DNA of 52,616 nucleotides, taken from the IMG/VR virus record IMGVR_UViG_3300020193_000035, positions 1-52,616 of that record, one strand, 5' to 3'. The notes under the pieces were generated by a model. It searched no databases. It was not told the origin of the DNA and saw only the letters and a program-made list of their open reading frames with translations. This document shows, in pieces, positions 28,601 to 37,885 of this stretch; position 1 is the first letter of the stretch, and each line of letters starts with the position of its first letter. The DNA comes from a virus. Lineage: Duplodnaviria > Caudoviricetes. A program made the translations under genes and the position numbers.

Positions 28601-29896
28601 ATGGCAGATTATCAGATAATTGATCGCAGGAAGAACCCCAGCGGCAAGAGCCTTTCCAACCGCCAGCGTTTCCTACGCAAAGTAAAAAAGCACCTTCGGG
28701 ATCAAATCCGGGAGGCCATGAACAGTCGCAAGATCGAAAGCAAGGACGGCGAGGAAATCGTCGTCCCTGGCGACGGAATCAACGAACCCAACTTTGATTA
28801 CGATCGCAACACAGGCGAACGGGAAAGGATCTTGCCTGGCAACAAAGGATTCATTGTTGGTGACAAGATCAACAAGACGCAGCAGGGCAGCGGCGGCCAA
28901 GGACGTCAGGGCAGCACCAGCGGCCCAGATCAAGATGAATTTCGTTTCAGCATAACCAGAGACGAGTATCTTGATCTGGTGTTTGAAGATCTTGAGCTGC
29001 CAGACATGATCAAGAAAAACGAAAAGGCCGCAGTGGCCTTCCAGAAGCAGCGTGCAGGATATCAAGTCATTGGTTCTCCAAGTGCATTAGACATGATACG
29101 CAGTCTCAAGAACAGCCTAGGACGTAGATTGGCTCTAGGCCGTCCCAAAGAAGAAGAAATAGAAAAAGCCAGGCTGTTGGTTGAAGAATTGGAAAGCAAT
29201 CCAAGATCCACACCTGAGATGTTGGCAGATGCTAGATTCTTTTTGGACAGCATGCTCAAAAAACGCAAGTTGGTGCCTTGGGTCGATCCCATAGACATAC
29301 GCTATCGTCGCTGGGATCAAAAGCCCATACCCAACGCACAGGCAGTGATGTTCTGTCTCATGGATGTGTCAGGATCCATGGGCGAAGCCGAAAAAGAAAT
29401 AGCCAAACGATTCTATCTACTGTTGTACCTGTTCCTGCAAAGAAAATACGAGAAAGTGGATATCGTGTTTGTTCGTCATACTGAACATGCCAAAGAATGC
29501 GACGAAGGCGAGTTCTTCAACAGCCAGGAATCAGGCGGCACGGTCATCAGTACCGGATTGGAACTGGTCAACGATATCATCAACAAGAGATATCCTCTCG
29601 ATGCCTGGAACATATATGTGGTGCAGGCCAGTGACGGAGACAACTTCGCGCACGATAATGGTCGTGTGAAAGACCTTTTGGATCTCATGCTGCCCAAGGT
29701 ACAATACTATGTGTATGCCGAAGTCAAGGATGTGCCGCGTCAGCAGTCGTTCATGTATGGAACACATGATACTCATGTGTGGGCCATAATGAAAGAAATG
29801 TCAGAGGCCTATGATCAGCTGTGTTATATAAAGATAGAGAACATACAGCAGGTCGTTCCTACCTTCAGGAAAGTGTTTTCCAAGGAGATCAAATGA
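28601..29896 (+). CDS. yeaH: YeaH/YhbH-family vWA-domain protein
   Basis: IIDRRKNPSGKS..NRQRF, FCLMDVSGSM (MIDAS), ESGGT, QASDGDN. Confidence 0.95.
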   Translation: MADYQIIDRRKNPSGKSLSNRQRFLRKVKKHLRDQIREAMNSRKIESKDGEEIVVPGDGINEPNFDYDRNTGERERILPGNKGFIVGDKINKTQQGSGGQGRQGSTSGPDQDEFRFSITRDEYLDLVFEDLELPDMIKKNEKAAVAFQKQRAGYQVIGSPSALDMIRSLKNSLGRRLALGRPKEEEIEKARLLVEELESNPRSTPEMLADARFFLDSMLKKRKLVPWVDPIDIRYRRWDQKPIPNAQAVMFCLMDVSGSMGEAEKEIAKRFYLLLYLFLQRKYEKVDIVFVRHTEHAKECDEGEFFNSQESGGTVISTGLELVNDIINKRYPLDAWNIYVVQASDGDNFAHDNGRVKDLLDLMLPKVQYYVYAEVKDVPRQQSFMYGTHDTHVWAIMKEMSEAYDQLCYIKIENIQQVVPTFRKVFSKEIK

Positions 29897-31368
29897 CGAC
29901 CCCATTGTTTGAAGGTTCAGAATGGAACTATCAGCTGCTGGAACGTGCCATGGACGAATGTGCCAGGATAGCACACGAAGAACTACGACTAGACACATAC
30001 AAGAACCAAATAGAAATCATATCCAGCGAACAGATGTTGGATGCTTATGCGTCGGTAGGCATGCCTATATTCTATAGGCATTGGAGTTTTGGCAAGAAAT
30101 TCAGCAGAGAGCGCGACCTATATCAAAAAGGCAAACGTGGGCTGGCCTATGAACTGGTGATCAATTCAAATCCTTGCATCAATTATCTCACGGAAGAAAA
30201 CACGGCCTGCGCACAGACTTTGGTGATCGCCCATGCTGCATTTGGTCATAATCATTTCTTCAAGAACAATTATCTGTTTCGCCAATGGACAGATGCAGAT
30301 GGCATCATTGACTATCTAGTGTTTGCCAGGAACTATGTTGCACAGTGCGAAGAAAGATATGGGGAGCAAGCAGTAGAACAAACTTTGGACGCTGCACACA
30401 GCCTCATGATGAATGGTGTGGATCGTTACAAGAGACCCAGGAAGTTGAGCCTGGCCGAAGAAGAAAAACGCCAGAAAGAGCGTGTGGCCTACATCGAAAA
30501 AAACATCAACGACCTATGGAGGACACTTCCTACCAGTCCCGAACACAAAGAATCAAAGGAAGAACGTTTTCCCAAACAACCAGAAGAAAACATACTCTAC
30601 TTTTTGGAGAAGAACAGTCCTACTCTCAAGATATGGCAGAGAGAACTCCTACGCATCGTGCGCAAGACTGCACAGTATTTCTATCCACAATACCAAACCA
30701 AGGTCATGAACGAAGGTTGGGCCAGTTTCTGCCACTATTACATCATGAATCGTCTGTATGAAAAGGGCTTGCTCACAGATGGAGCCATGATGGAGTTTTT
30801 GCAGCTACACACGTCTGTGCTCTGGCAACCGGCATTTGACAGTCCATACTATTCGGGCCTAAATCCTTACTATCTTGGATTTGAGATGTTCCAGGACATA
30901 CGTCGCATCTGTACCGAACCCACCGACGAGGATAGAGAATGGTTTCCAGATCTTGTGGGGCAGGACTGGTTGGAAGTCTGTTTGGATGCAGTGGCCAATT
31001 ACAGGGACGAAAGTTTTATCAGGCAATTCCTCAGTCCGCATCTCATACGCAAGTTGAAGCTGTTTTCCTTGGTCGACGATGCCAGGTTGGAAGATTATGT
31101 GATCAGCAACATACATGATTTTGGTGGTTACAAAAAGATCAGGTCCATATTGGCCAGTCAGTATGAGTTGGAAGAATGGGCTCCCAAGATAGAAGTGACT
31201 GAAGCGGATCTCAAAAACACTCGAAAATTGGTGTTGACTTATTATCGCAGGAAAGGCCGAGACCTCAGCGACTCGTGGTTAAATATGCTGATAAACATCA
31301 AACAACTCTGGGGACACAAGACCGTGTTGCAGACACAGAGAGGAAATGTGATAGGCGAAGATGAATAA
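29893..31368 (+). CDS. spoVR: SpoVR/YcgB-family protein
   Basis: HWSFGK, LAYELVINSNPC, AHAAFGHNHFFKNN, TKVMNEGWASF; ATGA coupling at 29893. Confidence 0.95.
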   Translation: MTTPLFEGSEWNYQLLERAMDECARIAHEELRLDTYKNQIEIISSEQMLDAYASVGMPIFYRHWSFGKKFSRERDLYQKGKRGLAYELVINSNPCINYLTEENTACAQTLVIAHAAFGHNHFFKNNYLFRQWTDADGIIDYLVFARNYVAQCEERYGEQAVEQTLDAAHSLMMNGVDRYKRPRKLSLAEEEKRQKERVAYIEKNINDLWRTLPTSPEHKESKEERFPKQPEENILYFLEKNSPTLKIWQRELLRIVRKTAQYFYPQYQTKVMNEGWASFCHYYIMNRLYEKGLLTDGAMMEFLQLHTSVLWQPAFDSPYYSGLNPYYLGFEMFQDIRRICTEPTDEDREWFPDLVGQDWLEVCLDAVANYRDESFIRQFLSPHLIRKLKLFSLVDDARLEDYVISNIHDFGGYKKIRSILASQYELEEWAPKIEVTEADLKNTRKLVLTYYRRKGRDLSDSWLNMLINIKQLWGHKTVLQTQRGNVIGEDE

Positions 31369-31951
31369 CCAACCCTTTTGTTTTCCTACCGATCTCACTT
31401 TTGAGCTCGACAAGATATTAGAAGAATATCGTTACCTCATGAGCCAGGTGCTCTACGAGGATGCCAACACCTGGGTTGGCAAAGACTTTGATATTAACCT
31501 GGTGCACCGGCCAGAAAAAGAAGGTCGTGATAGATTCTTCGCAGAAGCTGCACAGCCTTATACCTATACTGCCAAGTTCAAAGAATCCGAATACACTGAG
31601 TTTGTCAAAGAACTGCGCGGCGGGTACCTGCATCATATCTATGAAATACTGAACAAACGCAGTGAAAAAGGTCTGCGCAAGTTCCGATTGCACAACAGAG
31701 GCCCGGGCAAATACATATCTTGGCACACGGATCCTCACAGCGGACAACGCTATCACATAGCCATGTGGACCAATGATGCTTGCCTTTTGTTGGCCAAGAA
31801 AGAAAAAGATATCAATCAAGGACAGATGACTGTGCACATACCTACAGACGGTCGTGTTTGGGAGCTCAAAGCATATGAATATGAGCATGCGGTCATCAAC
31901 ATGGGAAACAGTTATCGTTGTCACCTATTGGCCAGTGACTGGAGCGATTGA
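31361..31951 (+). CDS. Putative 2OG-Fe(II) oxygenase (Asp/Asn beta-hydroxylase-like)
   Basis: SWHTD...RYHI...HAVINMG...RCHL (HxD...H...R pattern). Confidence 0.7.
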   Translation: MNNQPFCFPTDLTFELDKILEEYRYLMSQVLYEDANTWVGKDFDINLVHRPEKEGRDRFFAEAAQPYTYTAKFKESEYTEFVKELRGGYLHHIYEILNKRSEKGLRKFRLHNRGPGKYISWHTDPHSGQRYHIAMWTNDACLLLAKKEKDINQGQMTVHIPTDGRVWELKAYEYEHAVINMGNSYRCHLLASDWSD

Positions 31952-31979
31952 TCCATAAATATCCCGAAGGAGGTACCAC

Positions 31980-32150
31980 ATGGCAGTGAAACTATGGCGT
32001 CACCAGTGCATGGAGACCGGCAAAGAAGAGATCAATTACGAAGGCGAGGATTGTCCTCATTGCGGCGAAAAAAGCCCTGAGCCAGGCGAAAAAAGCCCTG
32101 AGCCCAAATTCAATGGATCTTTTCCAAATCCTCCAATGTTTTTGCCTTAG
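31980..32150 (+). CDS. Small Cys-containing late protein with internal duplication
   Basis: AAGGAGG RBS; late promoter at 31956-31961; CPHCG; GEKSPEP twice (21-nt repeat at 32064-32104). Confidence 0.7.
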   Translation: MAVKLWRHQCMETGKEEINYEGEDCPHCGEKSPEPGEKSPEPKFNGSFPNPPMFLP

Positions 32151-32221
32151 CCAGCAGACAATTCAGCACCTACCGAAGATTAACGGTAGCACAAGTCAAT
32201 GACATTCTGTGAGCATTGTTG

Positions 32222-32229
32222 TATAAATA
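32222..32229 (+). promoter_or_regulatory. T4-type late promoter driving the tmRNA
   Basis: Exact TATAAATA immediately upstream of the acceptor piece. Confidence 0.75.
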
Positions 32230-32230
32230 T

Positions 32231-32686
32231 GTCTGTAGCGTTGAAGCAAGCTGAAAAGCATACTGGACGCGGGGGCGGTACCCGCCGCCTCCACCATAAG
32301 GAAATTGAATGAATATTGAAACACATTTTAAAAATCAAGTAGATTCCGGTGCTACGAAAATGTTCTTTTACGGACTTGAAAATGAAGACCAATCCAAGGT
32401 TGAAATTAAAAGTCACAAAGGTACATTGGAAAGTTTTCCAAATACACTAGAATATATTAGACATTTAAGTGAAGGTATTCCATTATTCAAAGTTTCTTTA
32501 TGATGGGGGCGAAATAGGATCGACAGGTGTGTAATAGGCAAGTGGAGTTACCGGGCGCAAGCACCGTTATCGCAAGAAAACAAGTAACTGCAAACGATAA
32601 TTTCTTTGCACTGGAAGACAATCGCCTAGCGGCGTAATTCTTTCGGGGTTTTGGTGGTTGCACCTGGCAACAGAAGCAATCACCGC
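32231..32686 (+). ncRNA. ssrA: Circularly permuted two-piece tmRNA: acceptor piece ~32231-32296, intervening segment 32297-32504, coding piece 32505-~32686
   Basis: T-arm GCGGG-GGCGGTA-CCCGC then CGCCTCC-A-CCA; downstream GGGGGCG completes the acceptor stem with a G3:U70 pair; tag frame 32590-32637 reads ANDNFFALEDNRLAA*. Confidence 0.95.
32309..32503 (+). CDS. 64-aa ORF inside the tmRNA intervening segment
   Basis: AAGGA RBS just after the CCA; the ORF fills the segment and its stop ends 2 nt before the 5' G of the coding piece; AT-rich. Confidence 0.65.
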   Translation: MNIETHFKNQVDSGATKMFFYGLENEDQSKVEIKSHKGTLESFPNTLEYIRHLSEGIPLFKVSL

Positions 32687-32729
32687 ACAGTTGTCACAGA
32701 GAGTGACACACAGTAACAGGAGAATAGAA

Positions 32730-32969
32730 ATGGCACAATCAGGATACGAAATCCGTCTCGAATTACTCAAGATGGCAAAAGAGCTGCTGGAGCAGGAATA
32801 CAACTCCAAGCGAGATTTGATCATGAGCGAATATGGTTACAAGTGCGGTATAGCGATGGACGCTAAGACTGAACTCCCACCATTGCCCACCTTACCTAGC
32901 ATGCCAACCATGCAGGAAATCGTGGACAGGGCAGGCGAACTCAATCAGTTCATCAACCAGAAAAGCTGA
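32730..32969 (+). CDS. Conserved small phage protein
   Basis: AGGAGA RBS; GYEIRLELLKMAKELL. Confidence 0.8.
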   Translation: MAQSGYEIRLELLKMAKELLEQEYNSKRDLIMSEYGYKCGIAMDAKTELPPLPTLPSMPTMQEIVDRAGELNQFINQKS

Positions 32970-32990
32970 AATTCAGCTTGAACGGTAAAT

Positions 32991-33015
32991 AATAGGGCCC
33001 GAAAGGGCCCTATTT
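32991..33015 (+). terminator. GNRA hairpin, probable terminator or 5' stabiliser
   Basis: AATAGGGCCC-GAAA-GGGCCCTATT directly after TAAATA at 32986-32991. Confidence 0.6.
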
Positions 33016-33032
33016 CATTGGAGCATAACATC

Positions 33033-33155
33033 ATGCTAGACATTCTACTTTTGGTTGCCGTTGGTGTATTTGTGGGCTGGAACTTCCCACAGCCATTTTG
33101 GGCCAAGGCCATACAGGACAAGATTTCCGGATTTTTTGTCAAGAAAAACGGTTGA
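33033..33155 (+). CDS. 40-aa membrane peptide
   Basis: GGAG RBS; MLDILLLVAVGVFVGWNFPQPFWAK. Confidence 0.7.
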   Translation: MLDILLLVAVGVFVGWNFPQPFWAKAIQDKISGFFVKKNG

Positions 33156-33245
33156 GAAGACTCTTGCGCCTTGTCTGATTATATTGCATAATGTCCTTAC
33201 GATTTAAGGCAGAGCCTTAATCGATATGATTAAAGGAAACTTATT

Positions 33246-33542
33246 ATGACTCTTCAGACCAGGTCAATCAGGTCTTTCGACCTTGATACCAAGCAAGGCC
33301 GCCTTTTCAAGGCACTCGTGCTCAAAGGCGAAACGCTCACCGAGAGCCAGATTGTCAAGCGTTTTGGCATCGCCAATCCCACTGCTACGATCTCTACGAT
33401 CCGCCAGCGTGGTTATGCCGTTTATGCCAACCAGCGCACTGCTGGCAATGGCGTGAAGGTAACCGAGTACCGCCATGGTAACGCAAGCCGCAAGATGGTT
33501 GCTCTTGCTTACAAGGCACAGAGCCTAGGCATTACTGTCTAA
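33246..33542 (+). CDS. Small winged-helix DNA-binding protein
   Basis: LTESQIVKRFGIANPTATISTIRQRGY; strong RBS; own terminator. Confidence 0.75.
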   Translation: MTLQTRSIRSFDLDTKQGRLFKALVLKGETLTESQIVKRFGIANPTATISTIRQRGYAVYANQRTAGNGVKVTEYRHGNASRKMVALAYKAQSLGITV

Positions 33543-33576
33543 GAACTCGAACATAAAAAACTAATCTTCAAACTTT

Positions 33577-33606
33577 AAGCCACCCTTTCATGGGTGGCTT
33601 TTTTTT
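33577..33606 (+). terminator. Intrinsic terminator
   Basis: AAGCCACCC...GGGTGGCTT followed by a T-run. Confidence 0.88.
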
Positions 33607-33614
33607 GATTTTGC

Positions 33615-33643
33615 TTGACAACCCACGCAGAGCTAACTATACT
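33615..33643 (+). promoter_or_regulatory. Sigma70-type promoter for the kinase-ligase pair
   Basis: TTGACA-17nt-TATACT. Confidence 0.8.
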
Positions 33644-33668
33644 ATGCGCATATCATAGGAAAAAGACC

Positions 33669-34160
33669 ATGAAAGCCGCAGATGTTACCAAGACTGTTTT
33701 GTTCCTGATCGGACCTCCGGGTTCGGGCAAGACCACATGGGCACAACCTTATTTGGATCAAGGATGGACGCATATTTCAACGGATCAATGGATCGAACGA
33801 GTAGCTCGTGATCAAAAGAAAACCTACGGCGAAGTGTTCCAGTCTGAGATCAAAAATGCCGAACAAGACATGCAAGCTCGTTTGGACGCTGCTATTCAGG
33901 AAGGTCGCAACATCGTGTGGGATCAGACCAACATGAGTCGCAGAGGACGGCGTGCCAAGCTAGACAAATTGATCTCTGCAGGTTATACGGTGGATGCACA
34001 TGTGTTCATGCCCGACGGCCTGGAATTGAACCGTAGGCAGATGAAACGTGCTATAGAAACTGGCAAGACCATACCGCAGAGAGTGATTGACATGATGATG
34101 GACAATTATGAGTCTCCAATCGAAGCTGAAGGATTTGCCAGCATAACCGACCATGCCTAG
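33669..34160 (+). CDS. P-loop polynucleotide kinase-like protein (AAA_33)
   Basis: IGPPGSGKTTW, ISTD, VWDQTN; directly upstream of the RNA ligase. Confidence 0.85.
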   Translation: MKAADVTKTVLFLIGPPGSGKTTWAQPYLDQGWTHISTDQWIERVARDQKKTYGEVFQSEIKNAEQDMQARLDAAIQEGRNIVWDQTNMSRRGRRAKLDKLISAGYTVDAHVFMPDGLELNRRQMKRAIETGKTIPQRVIDMMMDNYESPIEAEGFASITDHA

Positions 34161-34166
34161 GAGAGC

Positions 34167-35348
34167 ATGATGAATTATGAATTTCCGCGCATCGAATGTA
34201 TAGAAGATGTTTTGCCAGCCATCAAAGGCCGCGACGAATTCGTAGTGGCTCATCGTGAATGGGGCACTGTGATCAACTATATGGTTTCCATGTCTGATAC
34301 TTTTCCGGACGTGGACTCTCCAACGATGGCCTTGCGTCGTGAATGTCGTGGGCTGCTGTTCTATCCAGACGGTCGCATCATGAGTCGTCGCCTGCACAAG
34401 TTCTTCAATGTGAACGAGCGCGAGGAAACTGCTGCGCAACGGATCGATCTGAGCCGGCCGCATGTGATACTGGAAAAGCTGGATGGATCCATGATCACTC
34501 CAGTCTATACCGACAAAGGTATACGTTGGGGCACCAAGATGGGCATCACTGATGTCGGCCAGCAGGCTGAACAGTTTGTCAACCGTCATAGTGTTTATCA
34601 GGAGTTTGCGGCCGAATGTCGTATCGCGGGTGTGACTCCCATCTTTGAATGGTGCAGCCGCAAGCAGCGCATCGTGGTAGACTATCCTGAAGATCGGCTG
34701 GTGTTGATAGCCATGCGCAACAATGTGACTGGCGCTTACACTTCTTTCCAGACTCTGAAAGGACTGGGTTCATACTGGCATATACCTGTGGTGCGTGCCT
34801 ATGCTGGAACCAGCCACAACATGCAGAGCCTGGTAGATGAGACTCGGGCCAGCGAAGGCATGGAAGGTTGGATCATACGTTTTGATGATGGGCAGATGCT
34901 CAAGGTCAAAGGCGAATGGTATCTACGTATCCACAAGACCAAGGACGGGCTTACTTTAGAAAAGAACGTGATCGATATGATCGTAAACGAAAAACTAGAC
35001 GACGTCAAGCCGTTCATGTTGGACGAAGATCGTCGGCGTGTGGAAGCCTTTGAGAAAGAGTTCTGGGATGGAGTAGCCAACAGTGTGGAAATATACGAAC
35101 GCTATTTCCAATCTGTTGTCAGCTCAGGACTGGATCGCAAGAGCTATGCATTGCAATATATGCCCACCGTCAAGGACAATGATCCTTTTGCTCCGTCATA
35201 CGTGTTTGCACGGTTTGACGGCAAAGATCCGCGCACCTTGGTATTGGAAGCTATCCGCAAGAACATTGGCACTCAGACCAAGGTAGATGCTGCCCGAAAC
35301 TTGTGGCGCGGTGCTCGGTGGAACTATTTGTTTGACGGAGATGCATGA
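34167..35348 (+). CDS. RNA ligase (T4 Rnl1-like)
   Basis: RECRGLLF, HKFFN, EKLDGS, FEW, EGWII, LKVKGEWY. Confidence 0.92.
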   Translation: MMNYEFPRIECIEDVLPAIKGRDEFVVAHREWGTVINYMVSMSDTFPDVDSPTMALRRECRGLLFYPDGRIMSRRLHKFFNVNEREETAAQRIDLSRPHVILEKLDGSMITPVYTDKGIRWGTKMGITDVGQQAEQFVNRHSVYQEFAAECRIAGVTPIFEWCSRKQRIVVDYPEDRLVLIAMRNNVTGAYTSFQTLKGLGSYWHIPVVRAYAGTSHNMQSLVDETRASEGMEGWIIRFDDGQMLKVKGEWYLRIHKTKDGLTLEKNVIDMIVNEKLDDVKPFMLDEDRRRVEAFEKEFWDGVANSVEIYERYFQSVVSSGLDRKSYALQYMPTVKDNDPFAPSYVFARFDGKDPRTLVLEAIRKNIGTQTKVDAARNLWRGARWNYLFDGDA

Positions 35349-35409
35349 TGTTTGATTTTTTGCTAGAAGCCACACTATCCGAAAACATTAACCAAGAAGG
35401 AGTAGAATC

Positions 35410-35934
35410 ATGATCACTATGAAAGAATTTTTGGAAGTTATCGACTATCGTATCACCGAAGGCAGCGACTATTGCTGGAAATCCTTTGGACCAAATGCAC
35501 GCTGGCTGGACAGCAACACCAGCGATGACTATTCTGCCAGCATCATCTTTGATTCAAAGACACAGGAGGTGTATCGTGCTGAGGTATGCGACCACATAAA
35601 CGATCGCGCCTATCGTCTGACCAATCCGACCTATGCAGAAGCCGTCAAACAGGAAGCCAAGGAACGAAACAACGACGATCTCCAGGCCTGGGACGAAGTA
35701 AAATGGACCGAGCTAGAGACCGCAGAGGATTGGGTTGAAAAGGCCACTGCTATACGCGATGGTCGGGAATACGACACACGTGTATCCATTCCGTTGGATC
35801 TGCCACACGATGTTCTTTTCCAACTGATGCGCATGGCACACGAGAAAGATATCACGCTGAATCAGATGATGATACAAATGGTCATGACAGCCGTTGACCG
35901 TGTGGATTTTAATCACGAAATGGACAAAGCATGA
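35410..35934 (+). CDS. Conserved phage hypothetical protein
   Basis: AAGGAG RBS; C-terminal ribbon-helix-helix-like AHEKDITLNQM. Confidence 0.8.
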   Translation: MITMKEFLEVIDYRITEGSDYCWKSFGPNARWLDSNTSDDYSASIIFDSKTQEVYRAEVCDHINDRAYRLTNPTYAEAVKQEAKERNNDDLQAWDEVKWTELETAEDWVEKATAIRDGREYDTRVSIPLDLPHDVLFQLMRMAHEKDITLNQMMIQMVMTAVDRVDFNHEMDKA

Positions 35935-36081
35935 TGCAGGAGATTCATTGGTTCATTATCGCATTAGCAATCGCTTTCATGCTTATGGGAATCTATTTAT
36001 GAATAGGCCAATGTATGAAACTCATGTCAACAGACAAACAATCCGAGACGTTAAATAAGCATAGTGAAAGGAGTGCCTGAC

Positions 36082-36393
36082 ATGAAGAAGTTGGTACTCG
36101 TAACAATGTTGGCTTGTGCTGCTTTGCTTTCTGCACCAGCACAAGCACGCCATAGAGGATACCAGTGGGTTCCGCCAGCGATTGGTGGTGTCATAATCGG
36201 TGGGATCATCGTGGATCAATACTATCGTCATTCACCTCCAGTTTACTATCCACCTCCAGTTTACTATCCACCTCCAGTTTACTATCCACCCCCAGCCGTT
36301 TATGTAGATCCGCCCTTCTATCCTAGAGAGTGTAGGCGATACCGCAGAGTGGATGCCTGGGGCAATTGGATCATAGTGGAAAAATGCTTTTGA
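36082..36393 (+). CDS. Secreted Pro/Tyr-rich protein
   Basis: Signal peptide ending AQA; PPVYYP three times. Confidence 0.75.
   Translation: MKKLVLVTMLACAALLSAPAQARHRGYQWVPPAIGGVIIGGIIVDQYYRHSPPVYYPPPVYYPPPVYYPPPAVYVDPPFYPRECRRYRRVDAWGNWIIVEKCF
36233..36290 (+). repeat. 18-nt tandem repeat x3 (coding)
   Basis: CACCTCCAGTTTACTATC three times. Confidence 0.9.
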
Positions 36394-36477
36394 TTCGATG
36401 CGTTAGCACACTGGTTGACACAGCCCACAGATGCTGTTAAAGTCAAGATGTTAGGTTAAAACAACACGGAGGCCAAG

Positions 36478-36663
36478 ATGGGCTATCGCGTAATCAGCAA
36501 GACAGAAGACATCTTCCAGGGCTTTGGTCCGCGCAAGGGCCTCGAAGGTCCTTTCTATTATGATGGTCGCATCCTGTATTATGACCCCCGGGCTGGCCAG
36601 TATTGGGACCCACGCACCGACTTCTACGTGGAAAGCGACGAGCTGGCCCAGATCATCAGATGA
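36478..36663 (+). CDS. Small early phage protein
   Basis: Promoter TTGACA(36415)-17-TAAAGT; GGAGG RBS; GLEGPF...LYYDP..GQYWDP.TD. Confidence 0.8.
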   Translation: MGYRVISKTEDIFQGFGPRKGLEGPFYYDGRILYYDPRAGQYWDPRTDFYVESDELAQIIR

Positions 36664-36881
36664 CACCAACCCAAGAAGATTACAAAGAAGCCCATGCAGT
36701 GTTTACTGCCATGGATGCAGTTCAGATGGGCGCGGATGATTTTGGACACGTGCTCACATTGGTAGATGCTGACTTTGCTGCATCCTTGCTGGAGGTGCTG
36801 GAGCGCAATCTAGCTCTGAAAAACCCACCAGAAATCAGGGTTTTTACGGAAGAAAAAATCCTAAAGAAATCAGTGGGTTAG
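36660..36881 (+). CDS. Hypothetical early protein
   Basis: ATGA coupling; 73 aa. Confidence 0.65.
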   Translation: MTPTQEDYKEAHAVFTAMDAVQMGADDFGHVLTLVDADFAASLLEVLERNLALKNPPEIRVFTEEKILKKSVG

Positions 36882-36994
36882 CCTAGACTAAAAATCCTAA
36901 AGAAATCAATGACTTAGCACAGGTGTTGTATTTTTGCAACACCTGTATTTTTCGTGATTTTTCGGTTGACCGCACCTAAAACGGGTGCTATACT
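36854..36994 (+). promoter_or_regulatory. Direct repeat + palindrome + sigma70 promoter
   Basis: 29-nt imperfect direct repeat at 36854/36890; palindrome 36919-36946; TTGACC-17-TATACT at 36966-36994. Confidence 0.75.
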
Positions 36995-37000
36995 GTGAGC

Positions 37001-37192
37001 ATGAATAAGGGAACGGAGAACACGATGGAGCGAATCAGGGAATACGGAGAGAAGGCCGCCTATGAGCAAGGTCAGTGGGGACGGCGTGTCGAGAGGCGCG
37101 CAGTCCTAGCGAACCCCTACAAGGATTCGGCGTTCGAGTTGGCCTGGGAGCAGGGCTGGCTGGACGAGGATAACGCCCTGCGCAATGGGTAG
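37001..37192 (+). CDS. Hypothetical early protein
   Basis: NPY...AWEQGW motif; start either 37001 (leaderless) or 37025. Confidence 0.65.
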   Translation: MNKGTENTMERIREYGEKAAYEQGQWGRRVERRAVLANPYKDSAFELAWEQGWLDEDNALRNG

Positions 37193-37403
37193 GGGATTGG
37201 ACTTTTATGTAAAATGGACAGCGACCTCTGTGATAGTGGCTGCTGCGATGACCACCTCGTTTGACATCGTGCCGCTGAACAAGGTGCTGTTCTTGCTCGG
37301 ATGCATGTTATGGACATGGGTAGGCTTCCTTTGGAAACAACCTAGCCTGTGGTCCTTGAACATCTTTTGTGGAACACTCTACATGATAGGATTCATGCGA
37401 TGA
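37185..37403 (+). CDS. Small multi-pass membrane protein
   Basis: Three hydrophobic segments; PLN, WKQPSL. Confidence 0.75.
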   Translation: MGRGLDFYVKWTATSVIVAAAMTTSFDIVPLNKVLFLLGCMLWTWVGFLWKQPSLWSLNIFCGTLYMIGFMR

Positions 37404-37780
37404 AACTGCGCACGGCAGCAGCCGCTTTGGTCCTGGCAATGTCTTCCGCTGCGATGGCCGACGAGGTCAATCGCAAGTGGGATTGCTGGGACACCTACAC
37501 GGACATCAAGATCGGCAGCGACCACACTGGCTGGGAACTGTCGATCACACCCAATCGAGTGACCTTGGTCTCTGCCGAAGGGCAGATCGTTGGATCCGTC
37601 GCGCGGAATGTGCGATTCGACCAGAACTGGATCAGCTTCGAGGCTTTTGCCATAGACCATGTGCTGACAGCCACATGTCGCAAGAACGATGTTGGACTGG
37701 TCGTGCACGGCGTGCCCTATACACTCCAACGCGGCAGCTGGACTCGTCGCTATGATGTGAGACCGCTGTGGGTGGACTGA
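37400..37780 (+). CDS. Secreted/periplasmic hypothetical protein
   Basis: Signal peptide MKLRTAAAALVLAMSSAAMA; ATGA coupling. Confidence 0.7.
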   Translation: MKLRTAAAALVLAMSSAAMADEVNRKWDCWDTYTDIKIGSDHTGWELSITPNRVTLVSAEGQIVGSVARNVRFDQNWISFEAFAIDHVLTATCRKNDVGLVVHGVPYTLQRGSWTRRYDVRPLWVD

Positions 37781-37853
37781 GTGTTGCAAAAATACAACAC
37801 CCTAAAAAATCTCAAAAGAAATGGTTGACAGCTCAGCGGTTTGGGTGCATAAT
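37781..37853 (+). promoter_or_regulatory. Palindrome + sigma70 promoter
   Basis: GTGTTGCAAAAATACAACAC (exact reverse complement of 36923-36942); TTGACA-17-CATAAT. Confidence 0.75.
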
Positions 37854-37885
37854 TATGAAACTGAAACACTAAACAGGAGCGAAAA

